This document shows positions 30,001 to 41,688 of a stretch of DNA of 64,000 bases, piece after piece. Every line of letters starts with the position of its first letter. Within the stretch, counting starts at the first letter, position 1. Under the pieces are notes generated by a model. It did no database searches. It worked only from the letters and a program-made list of their open reading frames with translations, and was not told the origin of the DNA. A program made the position numbers and the translations under genes. The stretch comes from Dimorphilus gyrociliatus (lineage: Eukaryota > Animalia > Annelida), in assembly GCA_904063045.1 (NCBI GenBank), contig CAJFCJ010000003.1:868001-932000 (forward strand), given 5' to 3'.

Positions 30001-32414
30001 GTACTTTTATTGCAGTAGTTTCCTTCGTAACCAAAGTCGCAATCGCATCTATAACTTCCAGGAAGATTAATACACTCTCCGTAATTGCACAATCCACTTT
30101 CAGTACATTCGTTAGTATCTATAGAATAAATTTTGTGAATTAACAAAAGTATTTCTCTGTTTTGTGTTAGTATTGAAATTCAATAGATTACCATTCGCAC
30201 ACAGCTCTCCAGTCCAACCTGGTAAACATTCACATTCGAAATCAGTCGTATTTCTTTTTAAACACGTTCCATTGTTGCAGACTTCTCTATCACATGGATG
30301 TAAATATGTTGTAGTCATTGGATCCACAGTAGATTCAGTTGTTGGCCTTTCAGTTGAAACAGTGGTGGACGGTTGTGTCGTAAGTTTTGTTGTTGGTTCT
30401 TCAGTGGTCTGCTTGGAAGTCTCTTCTGTCTTTGCAGTAGATTCAGTTGTTGGTCTTTCAGTTGAAACAGTGGTGGACGGTTGTGTCGTAAGTTTTGTTG
30501 TTGGTTCTTCAGTGGTCTGCTTGGAAGTCTCTTCTGTCTTTGCAGTAGATTCAGTTGTTGGTCTTTCAGTTGAAACAGTGGTGGACGGTTGTGTCGTAAG
30601 TTTTGTTGTTGGTTCTTCAGTGGTCTGCTTGGAAGTCTCTTCTGTCTTTGCAGTAGATTCAGTTGTTGGTCTTTCAGTTGAAACAGTGGTGGACGGTTGT
30701 GTCGTAAGTTTTGTTGTTGGTTCTTCAGTGGTCTGCTTGGAAGTCTCTTCTGTCTTTGCAGTAGATTCAGTTGTTGGTCTTTCAGTTGAAACAGTGGTGG
30801 ACGGTTGTGTCGTAAGTTTTGTTGTTGGTTCTTCAGTGGTCTGCTTGGAAGTCTCTTCTGTCTTTGCAGTAGATTCAGTTGTTGGTCTTTCAGTTGAAAC
30901 AGTGGTGGACGGTTGTGTCGTAAGTTTTGTTGTTGGTTCTTCAGTGGTCTGCTTGGAAGTCTCTTCTGTCTTTGCAGTAGATTCAGTTGTTGGTCTTTCT
31001 GTTGAAACAGTGGTGGATGGTTGTGTCGTAAGTTTTGTTGTTGGTTCTTCAGTGGTCTGCTTGGAAGTCTCTTCTGTCTTTGCAGTAGATTCCGTTGTTG
31101 GTCTTTCTGTTGAAACAGTGGTGGAAGGTTGTGTAACTTTGGTGGGAGGTTGTGTAGTAAGTTTTGTTGATTGTTTTTTTGAGGTATATTCTGTGGTATC
31201 TTCTATCTTTGCAGTGGATGAAATTTTTGGTCTTCTAGTTGTAACTTTGGTGGGAGACTGTGTTGTAAATTTTGTTGTTGGTTTTTCAGAGGTGTGTTTC
31301 ATAGTTTCTTTTTGATTTAAAGTTGTTACTTTTTCTGTGGAAACTTCAAATGCTGAGTGTTCAGTTAATTTTAATGTAGTTGGAGTCAGCGTGATAGACG
31401 GGTTTCTCTCTGTTGTTTGAACATCAGTAGTTATTTCTAATTTTGTTTCAACTACGAGAACGAGAATAATCTTTAGTGACTTAAGCAAAGGGTCATTTTT
31501 TGTAGATTCTATTATTGTTTTAATAGAATTAGGAGTTATATTGCTGATATCTGAACCAGGCGTGGAGAATATGACTAAGAATGTTGCAATAACACTTCCC
31601 TTGCTGAAATGAATGTTCAAGTGTAACTAAAAGAGATTCAAAAGAGTAAAGAATATACCTAAACTTAAAATTGGTAATATTCTTTATTTCTGTGTTTTTA
31701 AGATCTTCACTCGATTGAATAGCTTGAGTTAGATTATCTTTCAAAGTCTGTGAAAGTTGTCGATACTTTTCCGAATTAGTATCCAATAATGAATCATCAA
31801 AATTTATATCCATTTTCATAGTAATTTCGAAATCTGAGTATTAAATGTAAAGAATGTTTGATAAAGAGATAATTTTATAAAGGTATGATATATTTATTTG
31901 TTTATTAACGCTTACTTTTGATATTTTCTTTATCTTCTTTTGAAGCTGAGTAGTGTAGTTTTTTGGAATGAAAATGAATACATTAGTTCAAAAATATTCC
32001 AATATACTTAATAAACTTACCTGGCAGAGTAAAAACAATACCAAATATGATAGATAATAGTGCTATAAATATTACAGATAAAACAATTAAAAGTATCCAT
32101 TGGGTTCTTGTCAACTTCCAACGCTGTTGTTCATTTTCGTCACTTTCAACAGAATTGCTTTCCAATGTAGATCCATATATATAAGCTCTGGGATTTGTGA
32201 AAAATGAAGGCTTTCTCTGATAATCTTTTCTCATTGGATAAATACTTCTACTTCTACTATAGCTTGAACTTGAATCATTATAATTACTTCCATTTTTCCA
32301 ATTGTCCTAAAAGAAAAGAGAAAAGTCTATTAAAATATGACTCTAATAATTAGTACATTTATGTTTAGAAAAAAACAGGAAATTCTCTCTTACATAGAAC
32401 GGTATGTAAGACAT
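24064..32414 (-). CDS. Large type II membrane SEA-mucin with about 29 EGF/cbEGF-like and 10 CBM14 (peritrophin-A)-like modules, roughly 2,300 aa, about 20 exons
   Basis: Spliced in frame by eye: MSYIPFY (32414-32394); cytoplasmic tail and TM WILLIVLSVIFIALLSIIFGIVFTL (32306-32021); SEA domain with GSVIA; Thr-rich repeats; repeated EGF-EGF-cbEGF-CBM14 exons; final FOLN-like ERCSYKVCPSGKICVEDANDFARCVSS-stop (24146-24064). CBM14 Cys spacing is C-x12-C-x5-C-x9-C-x12-C-x7-C; cbEGF consensus D(I/V)(D/N)EC...C.N..GSF.C.C. Confidence 0.88.
25500..28484 (-). repeat. Tandem array of five 597-bp units (522-bp exon + 75-bp intron) inside the SEA-mucin gene
   Basis: Exons 28409-27888, 27812-27291, 27215-26694, 26618-26097 and 26021-25500. 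Exon ends are spaced exactly 597 bp apart, and the flanking exons 29018-28485 and 25402-24881 are diverged homologues. Confidence 0.95.
30325..31135 (-). repeat. Coding minisatellite: about 7.5 copies of a 108-bp unit (TEETSKQTTEEPTTKLTTQPSTTVSTERPTTESTAK)
   Basis: The anchor gtagattc(a/c)gttgttgg recurs at 30329, 30437, 30545, 30653, 30761, 30869, 30977 and 31085; the units are nearly identical. Confidence 0.97.
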
Positions 32415-33265
32415 TACTGAACAGTTGCTTGTTTGACGGATCAATCGTTTCTGAGTTGAAGTGTCACGAATACAATATGTATCTTCTCTATTTCTTTAAA
32501 AATTCAACTTCCTCATTGGAAATGTCATATTATAAAGAAAAAATAGCTTAAATTAGAAAGATTTCTATTTTTATAACAGTTTCCAAGAGTTTATCAGTCG
32601 GTTTGTATTACAAACTTGAATCATTTAAATAAAACTTTAAAAAGCAATGAAAAAAAAATAGATAAAGCTATATCTATATATATCCTATAAACCGCAAAAT
32701 GTGGTTAAGGGAATAGGCCTGCAATACCTTATACAAGAAATGGGTCACTTATTATTTTATTATAGAAAAGTTTAATTTTCATAGCCTCTTTTTCTTAATT
32801 GAAATTTAGAAATATCTATGAAACCTTATTGAAATTAGTTCAATATTCTATTTCTAAGAAATTATAACTTTTGCGTTGGATATTTTTCATAAATAATTTG
32901 ATATTTTAGCGAAAAAAGAAATTTTATTTAACTAATATTATTAACAATGTCAATTGGTAATATATGACTATTAGTCTTTAGTCGTTTGACTTTGTCTTCC
33001 ATACAAAGACGTTAGGCGTTGGCTTATAAAACATTTCAAGCACTTGACATTTAAAAGAGAAATATATATACAGTATATAGTAAAAAAAAAGTCCCATTTA
33101 TATTTTTACTTCCTGCACGTGATACAGTTAGTGATAGCGTTCTATGAAAAATTTTATTAATTATAGGCCTAAAAAATATGAAAGAATAAAACGTAATGTG
33201 AATATATTAAAATAATATAAAAACAAAGAAAAACAAAGAAAAAGAAAAAAAGGACTGATTTTAAT

Positions 33266-34008
33266 ATGGAAAATAATGATTTTCAATTAGTTATGATAAG
33301 TGTTCTTAAGAAATATCTTCAAAGTGCAAGAAACAGTATTGTTGCTCAAAGATCAGTTATAGAAAATTATAAAGGATGTATATTAGGGCTAGCAGATAAT
33401 GTATAATGATATTTTCAATGTATTATTTCATATCATAGATTATATTTCTTTTTAGATTCAAGATCTTTCTACTAGCTGTAGTTGGGCGCAGAATCATGGA
33501 ATGATACTTATTGTTTTTCCATCATTTTTCTACGCTCAAAAGTTTGTTCAAGCTACACCGGATATTATGCAATACGATTGGCAACATGGTGTTGATATTT
33601 CCACTCTATCTATTCAAAGATTACCAGCTTCATTCAAGAATATTATATTTGAAATGACAGTTATTGATTCAGTAAAAATAGATCAATTTAAAGACGTTTT
33701 CCTGCCAAAGTTATCAATAGGTTTACCTGATAGTCAGAAAATAATATGCCTATCTCAAACTGACGACATTAAACCACTGAGAGGTGGATGGACGGCAAAT
33801 TTTATTATTGTCAACCAATGGGATTCCACAGATTTATTTTTAGAATGGTTCAATAGCAAAGAGCAGGTGAACAAAAGAGTTTTAGTTTAATAAAATATAG
33901 TAAAAAATAACATATATTATTTAATAGAAAGAAGCAAGAAGCGAAGCAGGTGCTAATAATTTCATATCAACTATATTACTTGAATTAAAGAATATCATTT
34001 CCTGTTAA
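33266..34008 (+). CDS. Tandem DUF1330-like (dimeric alpha+beta barrel) protein; exons 33266-33400, 33456-33866, 33928-34008
   Basis: In-frame GT-AG splicing. Both halves resemble the DUF1330 pattern G.W....V(V/I)EFPS...A..WY.S.EY: GMILIVFPSFFYAQKF and RGGWTANFIIVNQWDSTDLFLEWFNSKEQ. Confidence 0.6.
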
Positions 34009-35742
34009 AATACTACTGAAAGTCAATAAAGATTAATTTATTGAATTAGTCTATAAATAATAATAATATGAAAGTTTGAATATAAAACTTTTTCGAACTT
34101 TTCGTTTCGTATTTGAAACTTTTAGAATACTATAAACAGAAATAAATCTATTAAATATAAAAGATTAAAGGCAAATATACTGTATGATTAATTACTCTAT
34201 TTCTATTATTACTTAAGGATTAAGCGTATTTAAAACTGTTTCACATTTTTTGTCTTTTGATATAAAATAGTATATAGTTTATAGTAAACTATAAACACGT
34301 AGATATTTATATCTTATAAAGGCCTATTTATCATTAAATATATTATTACGAGTACATAGAGTAAAATGAAAAAGAAATTTTAGTTTTGATTGTTGGATGG
34401 CGAACTATACTCGATTCTACAGGCTTTTTTATGATGATAGTTGGTCTAATAGATAAACACTATTCTATTATTATAATACAATGATATTTTAATAGTACGT
34501 GAAGCTATTCAGCTATTAGCCTGAAGATTTGCGCTTTATGAGTATGAATAAATGAATAGAGAAAAGAGAAGGGGGAGTTGGAAAGTGTAAGCAAGGTAGT
34601 TTCTAAATAAAAAATGAGAATAAGGAAGATTATTGCTATACTAACGATGTGTTATTGCAAAGCAAATAAATACTTTAAATCTCTAGTTTAATAATTGTGC
34701 ATAAGATTGATATTCTACAAATAAAAAAGTGTTGTATATTGTTTATTGTGCCTACTATCTTTATTTTCTATTATAGTAAACATTGCCATTAATATTCTTC
34801 TTTATAAAAGCATAGAATTCCTTATTAAGTTTTATACTATCATTTCTTTCATTAATCTTCTAATTTCAGTTAGGAAAAGAATTTCATATTTTAAATATTA
34901 ATTAATTTTTAATCGTTTCATTTAGATCCATACAGAGGTTTCATTTTATATCTTTGAAATAGCCATCAATAAGCTAAGGAAAGAGAATTGACGTTATCAT
35001 TGAATTAATTATTTTTGATATTAAAGAATTTGTAATATAGATCAATTTCAATGAAATATCTCATATTTCTCTTGAATTTGGAAGTAAAAGCTTGAATGGA
35101 ATTCTCGTGAATAATAGATTATTAGGAAATCGAAAATAAAAATTTCCATACTCTTTTACATTACGATAGAGAGATAGACTGTTAGTTGACAATGGCTAGA
35201 AATCGACAGTATTATTATGGAATTACGATTTCGTTGCTAGGTCTATTAGGGCTGCTAGTTCCCTGTATATTCCTATTACTATTTGGCTGTCCCAGTAAAT
35301 AGATTCTTCGTAAGAGAAACATGAAACACATTGATAAGAATACTAAATTTCAGAAGGATGTTCATAGAAATATGTTCATTAATTATATTTGTAGCATTAA
35401 ATAGCCCTTTACCAGCTAACTGATAATCTACCAGAGTATTCGGATTTTCCAAAAGAATATTCATTAGGGTACTAATGAGCCTAGTCATAGGTACATTGAT
35501 TAATATTCTGCAAAATATATCTGTAGAGTATTACTGCCACTTTTAAACAGAAAGATTTTCATTTCTTTGTTGATTTATCACAGTATCAATAGCATATTAT
35601 TACATATTTACAATATTTTATCTACTAGTTGAGTAAATGTATGAAATTATTCATATTGTTCAACTTGATACAACTCTTTTTTTGGAAGAAAAACCTCAAC
35701 AACTACTAAACATATTAACACGTTTGAATAGAATATACTTAA

Positions 35743-37155
35743 GTGGATAACCAATACGCGAATATAATGTCTAAGAAACCTATAACAGCTAATAACTATA
35801 AACAATTTATCAAAAATTACAAAGAAGATGAAGTAAACAACATTATAAACGTTTTAAAAGGAATTGAAGCGCCATCTTCAGATTCAACTTATGAAACTTT
35901 TCAACAACCTTTATTCAATAGTTGCAAGGTTTCTACGCTAATAATTCTAATTCAATAAAGATTATAAATATACTAATAAGATATACATCTTTTTCATCTA
36001 TTTAAGGTTATCATAGAGATGATGAAAGATATGTTATTATTGGAAAATTTAAATTTAGATATGGAAAAATTAGCTAGATTTTTATGTACAGTTAAAGAGA
36101 CCTATGATAGTAATCTTAATATCTATTATAATTGGAATTTTGCTTTTAGAACTAGTCGAAATGCTTTTTGTTTTTATAAACAATTTAACCTTGAGGAATA
36201 CTTTGAGTAAATATCTTCAAATTATTACTTTACATAATTAATTAACATTTATTCTTTCATAGCTCAAGTGATTTGTTAATTTTAATAATGAGTTCAATTT
36301 GCTTGAATATTGATAATATTGGTTTTAATTCCGATTATATAAGACAAAGTCGAAGTGTAATGTTTTTAAAATAGGAAATATTTTAAAATAATTAATTATA
36401 TTCTATTTTATAGAAAGACATGAAAAGAATTCTAAGAGATATACCAAGTTTTAATCAGAGAAATCTATTGAATTTTGAAATGTTGTGTTCAATAGTCGAT
36501 AAAGATAATTGTAATTTTATGGCACAATTAACGAAAAGCGAAAGAAATAATATAATTTCGGGTATAAAATCTATAATTATTCTTGCCGAAACATCAAATC
36601 AAGAGATTATTCTACAAAAACTCGAAAATCTTAAACGAAATCTTACACTGGATAAATTAAATGATAAGAAAAAGAGATTATTTTTATCATTAATCCTTAT
36701 ATGTTCATTATACTATGATAGAACATTAGACTTTTCAAAAGCCATTCATGAATCGGTAGGGAAATTTTCAATTAATTTACATATAGTTACTTCCTTTCTG
36801 AATTGTTAATATTTTACGTATCTACTCGTAGAAATACTTTTCGAACGAATACTTTAAACAAGGCCGACTTGAAAGAGGAACATTTGGAGATTGTAATAGA
36901 GTAATTTCCGATAATGAATGCTTTTCTTGTAGAATACCAGATAATGAATATATAATATATAAATATTACGTAATACCTAGCTTTAAACTACTATTCCAAT
37001 ATATCAAGCGTTCGTCGTATTTTTATAAGGGTGCCATTGAAAATCAGAGAAAATGGCTAATTATAAAAAGACAATGGGATAATATAGCCGAAACCAAATT
37101 ACGTAATAAAGATTTTAATTACGATGCTCGTGATGTTTATGATAAAGTATTTTGA
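35743..37155 (+). CDS. PDE2-like cyclic nucleotide phosphodiesterase catalytic-domain homologue, predicted inactive; exons ?-35928, 36007-36206, 36263-36356, 36414-36755, 36832-37155; 5' exons unresolved
   Basis: The spliced product is collinear with the PDE2A catalytic domain as recalled (LARFLCTVKETY vs LARFCLMVKKGY; NEYFKQGRLER vs KEFFSQGDLEK; IPSFKLL vs MPIYKLL; NQRKW vs NREHW). The frame is intact across four introns, but the metal ligands are substituted. Confidence 0.8.
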
Positions 37156-38007
37156 AAAAAGAGTCTTTCCGTAAATACACATTATTTTTTTACAACTTTT
37201 ATCATTAAAACTATCATTATGAACATTTTCATTTATTATTATCATATTATCTTAGCTTGGGAATATCCTCTTCATAATCTAATTAAACTTTTCAATCTTC
37301 TCACTGAAAAAGCAATATTTAATGATTTTGAAATATTCAAGGATGTTTATATCAAAATTCACTTGAAATAAATTTTAGCTATGAAGCTTTTGTTGTTGAT
37401 AGAAACAGCATTTAGACAACAACAATAATGTTAACATATAAACCCAATACCTGGAAAAAATAAACAAGTTATGAAGACACTGTCATCAATCATTTTCTGT
37501 AACAATACTATAGAAACAGGCTTTAGGGAATATATATCATAAAAATATCCTATTTATTAGTTATATTATAGATAACAAGATGACTGATATGAGAAGAATT
37601 AATTCAATTGAATAAAAACCTTTTACTGGATTAATTGGAACTTTGCCATCTAATTTTTTTTTAAAAAAACAGATCAACTGGAATAAAAGACAAAGGAAAT
37701 ATTTGACATCAATGTAACATTGATATATATAATATTTAATAGTAATAAAATCAAAATTATGCTAATTGGTTAATATAAGATTTTAATTATTAAACGAATA
37801 AAAAGTTCTATTTAAAATAATTCTATTTAATCAGACGTAGATAATAGTATGTAAATAATAAAGAGAGAATGAGAGAAAAGGATAAATTCTATTAATATTA
37901 TAGTAAAAAATTTTAAATGTTTATTAAGGCCATTGAAATCGTTCTTTTGGAATACAATAAAACATTTTTCAAGGATCGATATACTGTATCTATATTGTCA
38001 ATAAAAG

Positions 38008-38010
<3 letters not shown>

Positions 38011-38077
<67 letters not shown>
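38011..38077. repeat. (GA)29 microsatellite followed by a G run
   Basis: Read directly. Other (GA/CT)n tracts lie at about 5743-5790, 9426-9459, 14566-14592 and 19296-19363. Confidence 0.95.
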
Positions 38078-38854
38078 AGTGTGTGTATGTGTATGCGCGT
38101 GTGTGTGACTCTTTTTCTCTCTTTCTTCGTTCTTTTTTATTAATAAATATTAAATATTAAAGATTACACTCGCAAAGGTTATGAAAAAATGTAGGAATTA
38201 ACGACTATCTTCTACCGAGCGTTAACAGCTTGCTTTTAGTCGTCAGGAATCTTTTTTCAATATTTATGTTTTGTCCGAAAATGGGGTGTTCAATGTTAAA
38301 TGCCATTGCTTTGAAAGCCTCATAGTAACATACGGGCGTAGGCAGCCGAAGCATTCAGGTAAAAAAAATACACTCTCTTTTGTTTCTTATCTTATGTAAA
38401 TAGATATATTTTGATTCAAAATTCTATTGCATAAATTGATTAATTGTTCATATATTTGAATATTTAAGCTAGATAATATTAAAATAACGCATTTAAATTG
38501 ATTTTTATAAATTAAAAAAGAATAAGAATTTATTGTTGTTAGAAATATCTCAAATATTTTTCCAAATGTAATCCTTGACCTTAATTTATTGATTTAATAA
38601 TATAACTATTCAGATATATACATTTTTTTGCATTGATATAGAGATTGCAAACTCATAAAATTTTAGAGAAACTGTTATAGGCAATCGCAAAATATTCTAA
38701 TACATGTTCTTAATTTATAAATAGTAATATAATAAATGTCTTTCTGTCTGCTATTCACCTGATTCAATCGATTACATAACTTGTCATTCTAAACAGGTTT
38801 TTAAAACGTCATTGTTGAGTTTAACTTGTCCTTCTGACTTGAAGCGAAGAAGTT

Positions 38855-41402
38855 ATGGGTGACGTAAGCATTTTCTATTGTTTTTCCACATGTTCGAATT
38901 GTAATGTGAAATTAAATTCATTAGGAAATTCATTACGCAAAAGGATGGGAAGGCAGATTTCGTGAGCTTTTCTTTGACGACGTTACTACTGTGTATGAAG
39001 GATTTTTAAGGGGATTGTCAATTCAAGGTATGACAAACTAATCTTTCTATTACCTTTGTCTTAAAGAATATATGAAACTCATTAAAACATTCTCCATTTA
39101 GACGGAAACAAAAGATGTCTTGGTGTTCCTAAAAATAAATGTTATACATGGTTTACTTACAGACAGGTTGATTTTAATCCTAACCGTATCAATTATAACA
39201 ACCTATAGAAAATTTTTACTTACAGGTTCACCAAAAGGCTCAACATGTCGGATCCTATTTCTCTTCTAAGCTTCCAGAATCGAACGATGAAAATTTAAAA
39301 TTTGTCGGATTATTCTCAGCTAATTGTTTAGAGGTTAATTAAATTATCAAAATTGTTATTATTACTTTAATAATAAGTATTCATTAATTAAAAAATTTAG
39401 TGGGATTTAACGGACCTTGCTTGTTCCATGTTCTCTTTAACATCGGTACCAATTTATCATACATCGGCAAGCGAAAGTACTTCTTTTATAATTAATCAAA
39501 GTTAGTTATTTGTATACAATTCAACTAAATAAATGATTAAATTTTTTAAATACTTACCTCACCAGCTGAATTATCTATTCTTGTTGTCGATACAATTGAA
39601 AGAGTTCAATTTATACTCGACAGTATTAACAATACACCAAGTCTAAAGGAGATCATTGTTTGTGAAACTAACAATGACAAAGTTAACGAATTGAATGAAA
39701 AGTATGATGGAAAAATAAAAGTGACCGCTTTCGAAAGTCTATTGGTTTGTTATTTTTTACCTTACTATACAATAATTTATATTGAAAATAATAATAAACG
39801 TTACAGAATCACGAATTAATTGACGTTACACCTCCTGAACCGGACAATGTGTTTTCTATTGTTTATACTAGTGGAACAACTGGTAATTAGATTGTTATTA
39901 TGTAATTAAATATTAATAAATTTGAATTTTTGCTCTTGAAAGGATATCCCAAAGGAGTGATTGTTACTCATAAGAATATGATAGCAACTGGTGCCGGTTT
40001 AATGGCTCATTCTCTAGAAACTATTAATGTACGAGACTTTTTTATTATCATTAAGCTACTGTGTAAATTGTTATTTTATTTTTTTTAAAAAGGAGCCAGT
40101 TATGGATGAAGACGATATTGTGTTATCATTTTTACCGTCCGCTCACGCTTACGAAAGACTTTGCCATGTGTTTGTTTTTATGTATGGAGCTTCTATTGGT
40201 TATTCTAGAAATGATCCTAAATTATTGCTTGAAGATTTACAATGTCTCAAGCCAACTTTTGTACCAATGGTACCTCGTTTACTAAACAGAATATACGATA
40301 AGATTAATTCCGCTGTTGGTGCTTCTTTCGTGCTGAAAAGAAAGCTTTTTGAAGCGGGATTAAACAAGAAATTGACCCTTTTGCAAAATGGCATCGTTAA
40401 TAGAGACACCTGGGCTGATAAGCTAGTCTTTCGTAAAATCTGTAATATGTTAGGCGGAAGGGTAAAACGTATGACCACAGGAAGTGCACCAGTATCAGCC
40501 GACGTATTAAAATTTACAATGAGCGTTTTCGGTTGTCTTCTTGGAGAAGGCTACGGCCAGACAGAGTGCTCTTGCGTGGCAACATTTACCGATGACGCCA
40601 CAAAAGCTATTGGTGGGCACGTTGGTAAACCCTTAAGTACATGCGCCATTAAATTATTTGATGTACCTGAAATGGAATATTTCGCTAAGAATAATCAAGG
40701 CGAAGTTTGCATTAAAGGGCCAATCGTTACTCAAGGGTATTATAAGAATCCTGAAACGACAGCTGCAACCTACGACTCGGATGGATGGTTGCACACGGGA
40801 GATATTGGTCAATGGACTGAGGAAGGAAATCTAAAAATAATTGATAGATGCAAGCATATATTCAAACTGGCGCAAGGAGAATACGTTGCTCCCGAATATT
40901 TGGAGACAATCTACACGAGAAGCCCTTATGTCGCTCAATGTTTTGTTGAAGGAGATTCAATGAAGACTTGTACAGTTGCCATTGTTGTACCTGACGAAGA
41001 AACCGTTATGCCTTGGGCAAAGAAAAACAAACTTAATGGTACATTCCAAGAAGTATGCGAGAACGAGGTATATGATCAAGATTTTTAAACCAATAAGAAC
41101 TAACAAGTTATTTTCTTTTTATCCAATAGAAACTGAGAGAAGTCATATTAGCTGATATGAGAAGAGAAGGAAAGAAGGAAAACGCTAAATCATACGAACA
41201 AATTAAAGCTATTAAGCTTATTACTGAGTTATTTTCTGTTGAAAATAATATTCTTACACCAACTTTCAAGCTAAAGAGAGCGATGGCCCGAAAAATTTTC
41301 AAAAATGATGTTGACACTTTATACGAAGAATTGGATGCTATTGAGAAGAAGGCTCAAGAGGAACTAAATTCTAATACTAATGGAGTCAAAGATAAGAATT
41401 AA
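38855..41402 (+). CDS. ACSL: Long-chain fatty acyl-CoA synthetase (ACSL1/5/6-like), multi-exon
   Basis: AMP-binding motif YTSGTTG-YPKG (split by an intron), plus SFLPSAHAYER, GEGYGQTE, GWLHTGDIG, IIDRCKHIFKLAQGEYVAPE and LTPTFKLKR. ATG 38855 has an upstream in-frame stop. Confidence 0.95.
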
Positions 41403-41688
41403 AAATTGCCGAGGTATTTAATTCCCTCTTTCCTCCTTCCACTACAACCCTCAACATTTTTCTTCTTTTTGTACTTTTGTAGTTTCTTTTTATCTTATCT
41501 TAATAAGGAAAAATAGCATTTTAATATTTTATAAAAACAACTGATAAAAACTTTGGTTCTACTTTCTCTTAGCTTACGTTTTGATACACTTGAAAAGGAT
41601 AACCAAATCATTGAAAAATAACCAATCATTTTGATTTTAATTCTGATTATAATACAGTGAATTTATTTTTTTATGGATTTAATATTCA

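Noticed and set aside
25500-31135. Regular 597-bp and 108-bp arrays as possible CRISPR or satellite DNA
   Set aside because: There are no unique spacers; the units are in-frame coding modules of a spliced eukaryotic gene.
30164-31315. 383-aa plus-strand ORF of V/S/G repeats
   Set aside because: Antisense shadow of the Thr-rich 108-bp repeat, which lacks stops on that strand; no independent gene signals.
32015-32027. 13-nt identity (ACTTACCTGGCAG) to the U1 5' end
   Set aside because: It is the reverse complement of a strong CAG|GTAAGT donor in the mucin gene, not a U1 fragment; the extra matching bases are plausibly chance.
39550-39563. ATACTTACCTCACC (perfect antisense 5' splice site) at the 3' end of an ACSL intron
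   Set aside because: Explained as polypyrimidine/branch-region sequence; no antisense exon is evident.
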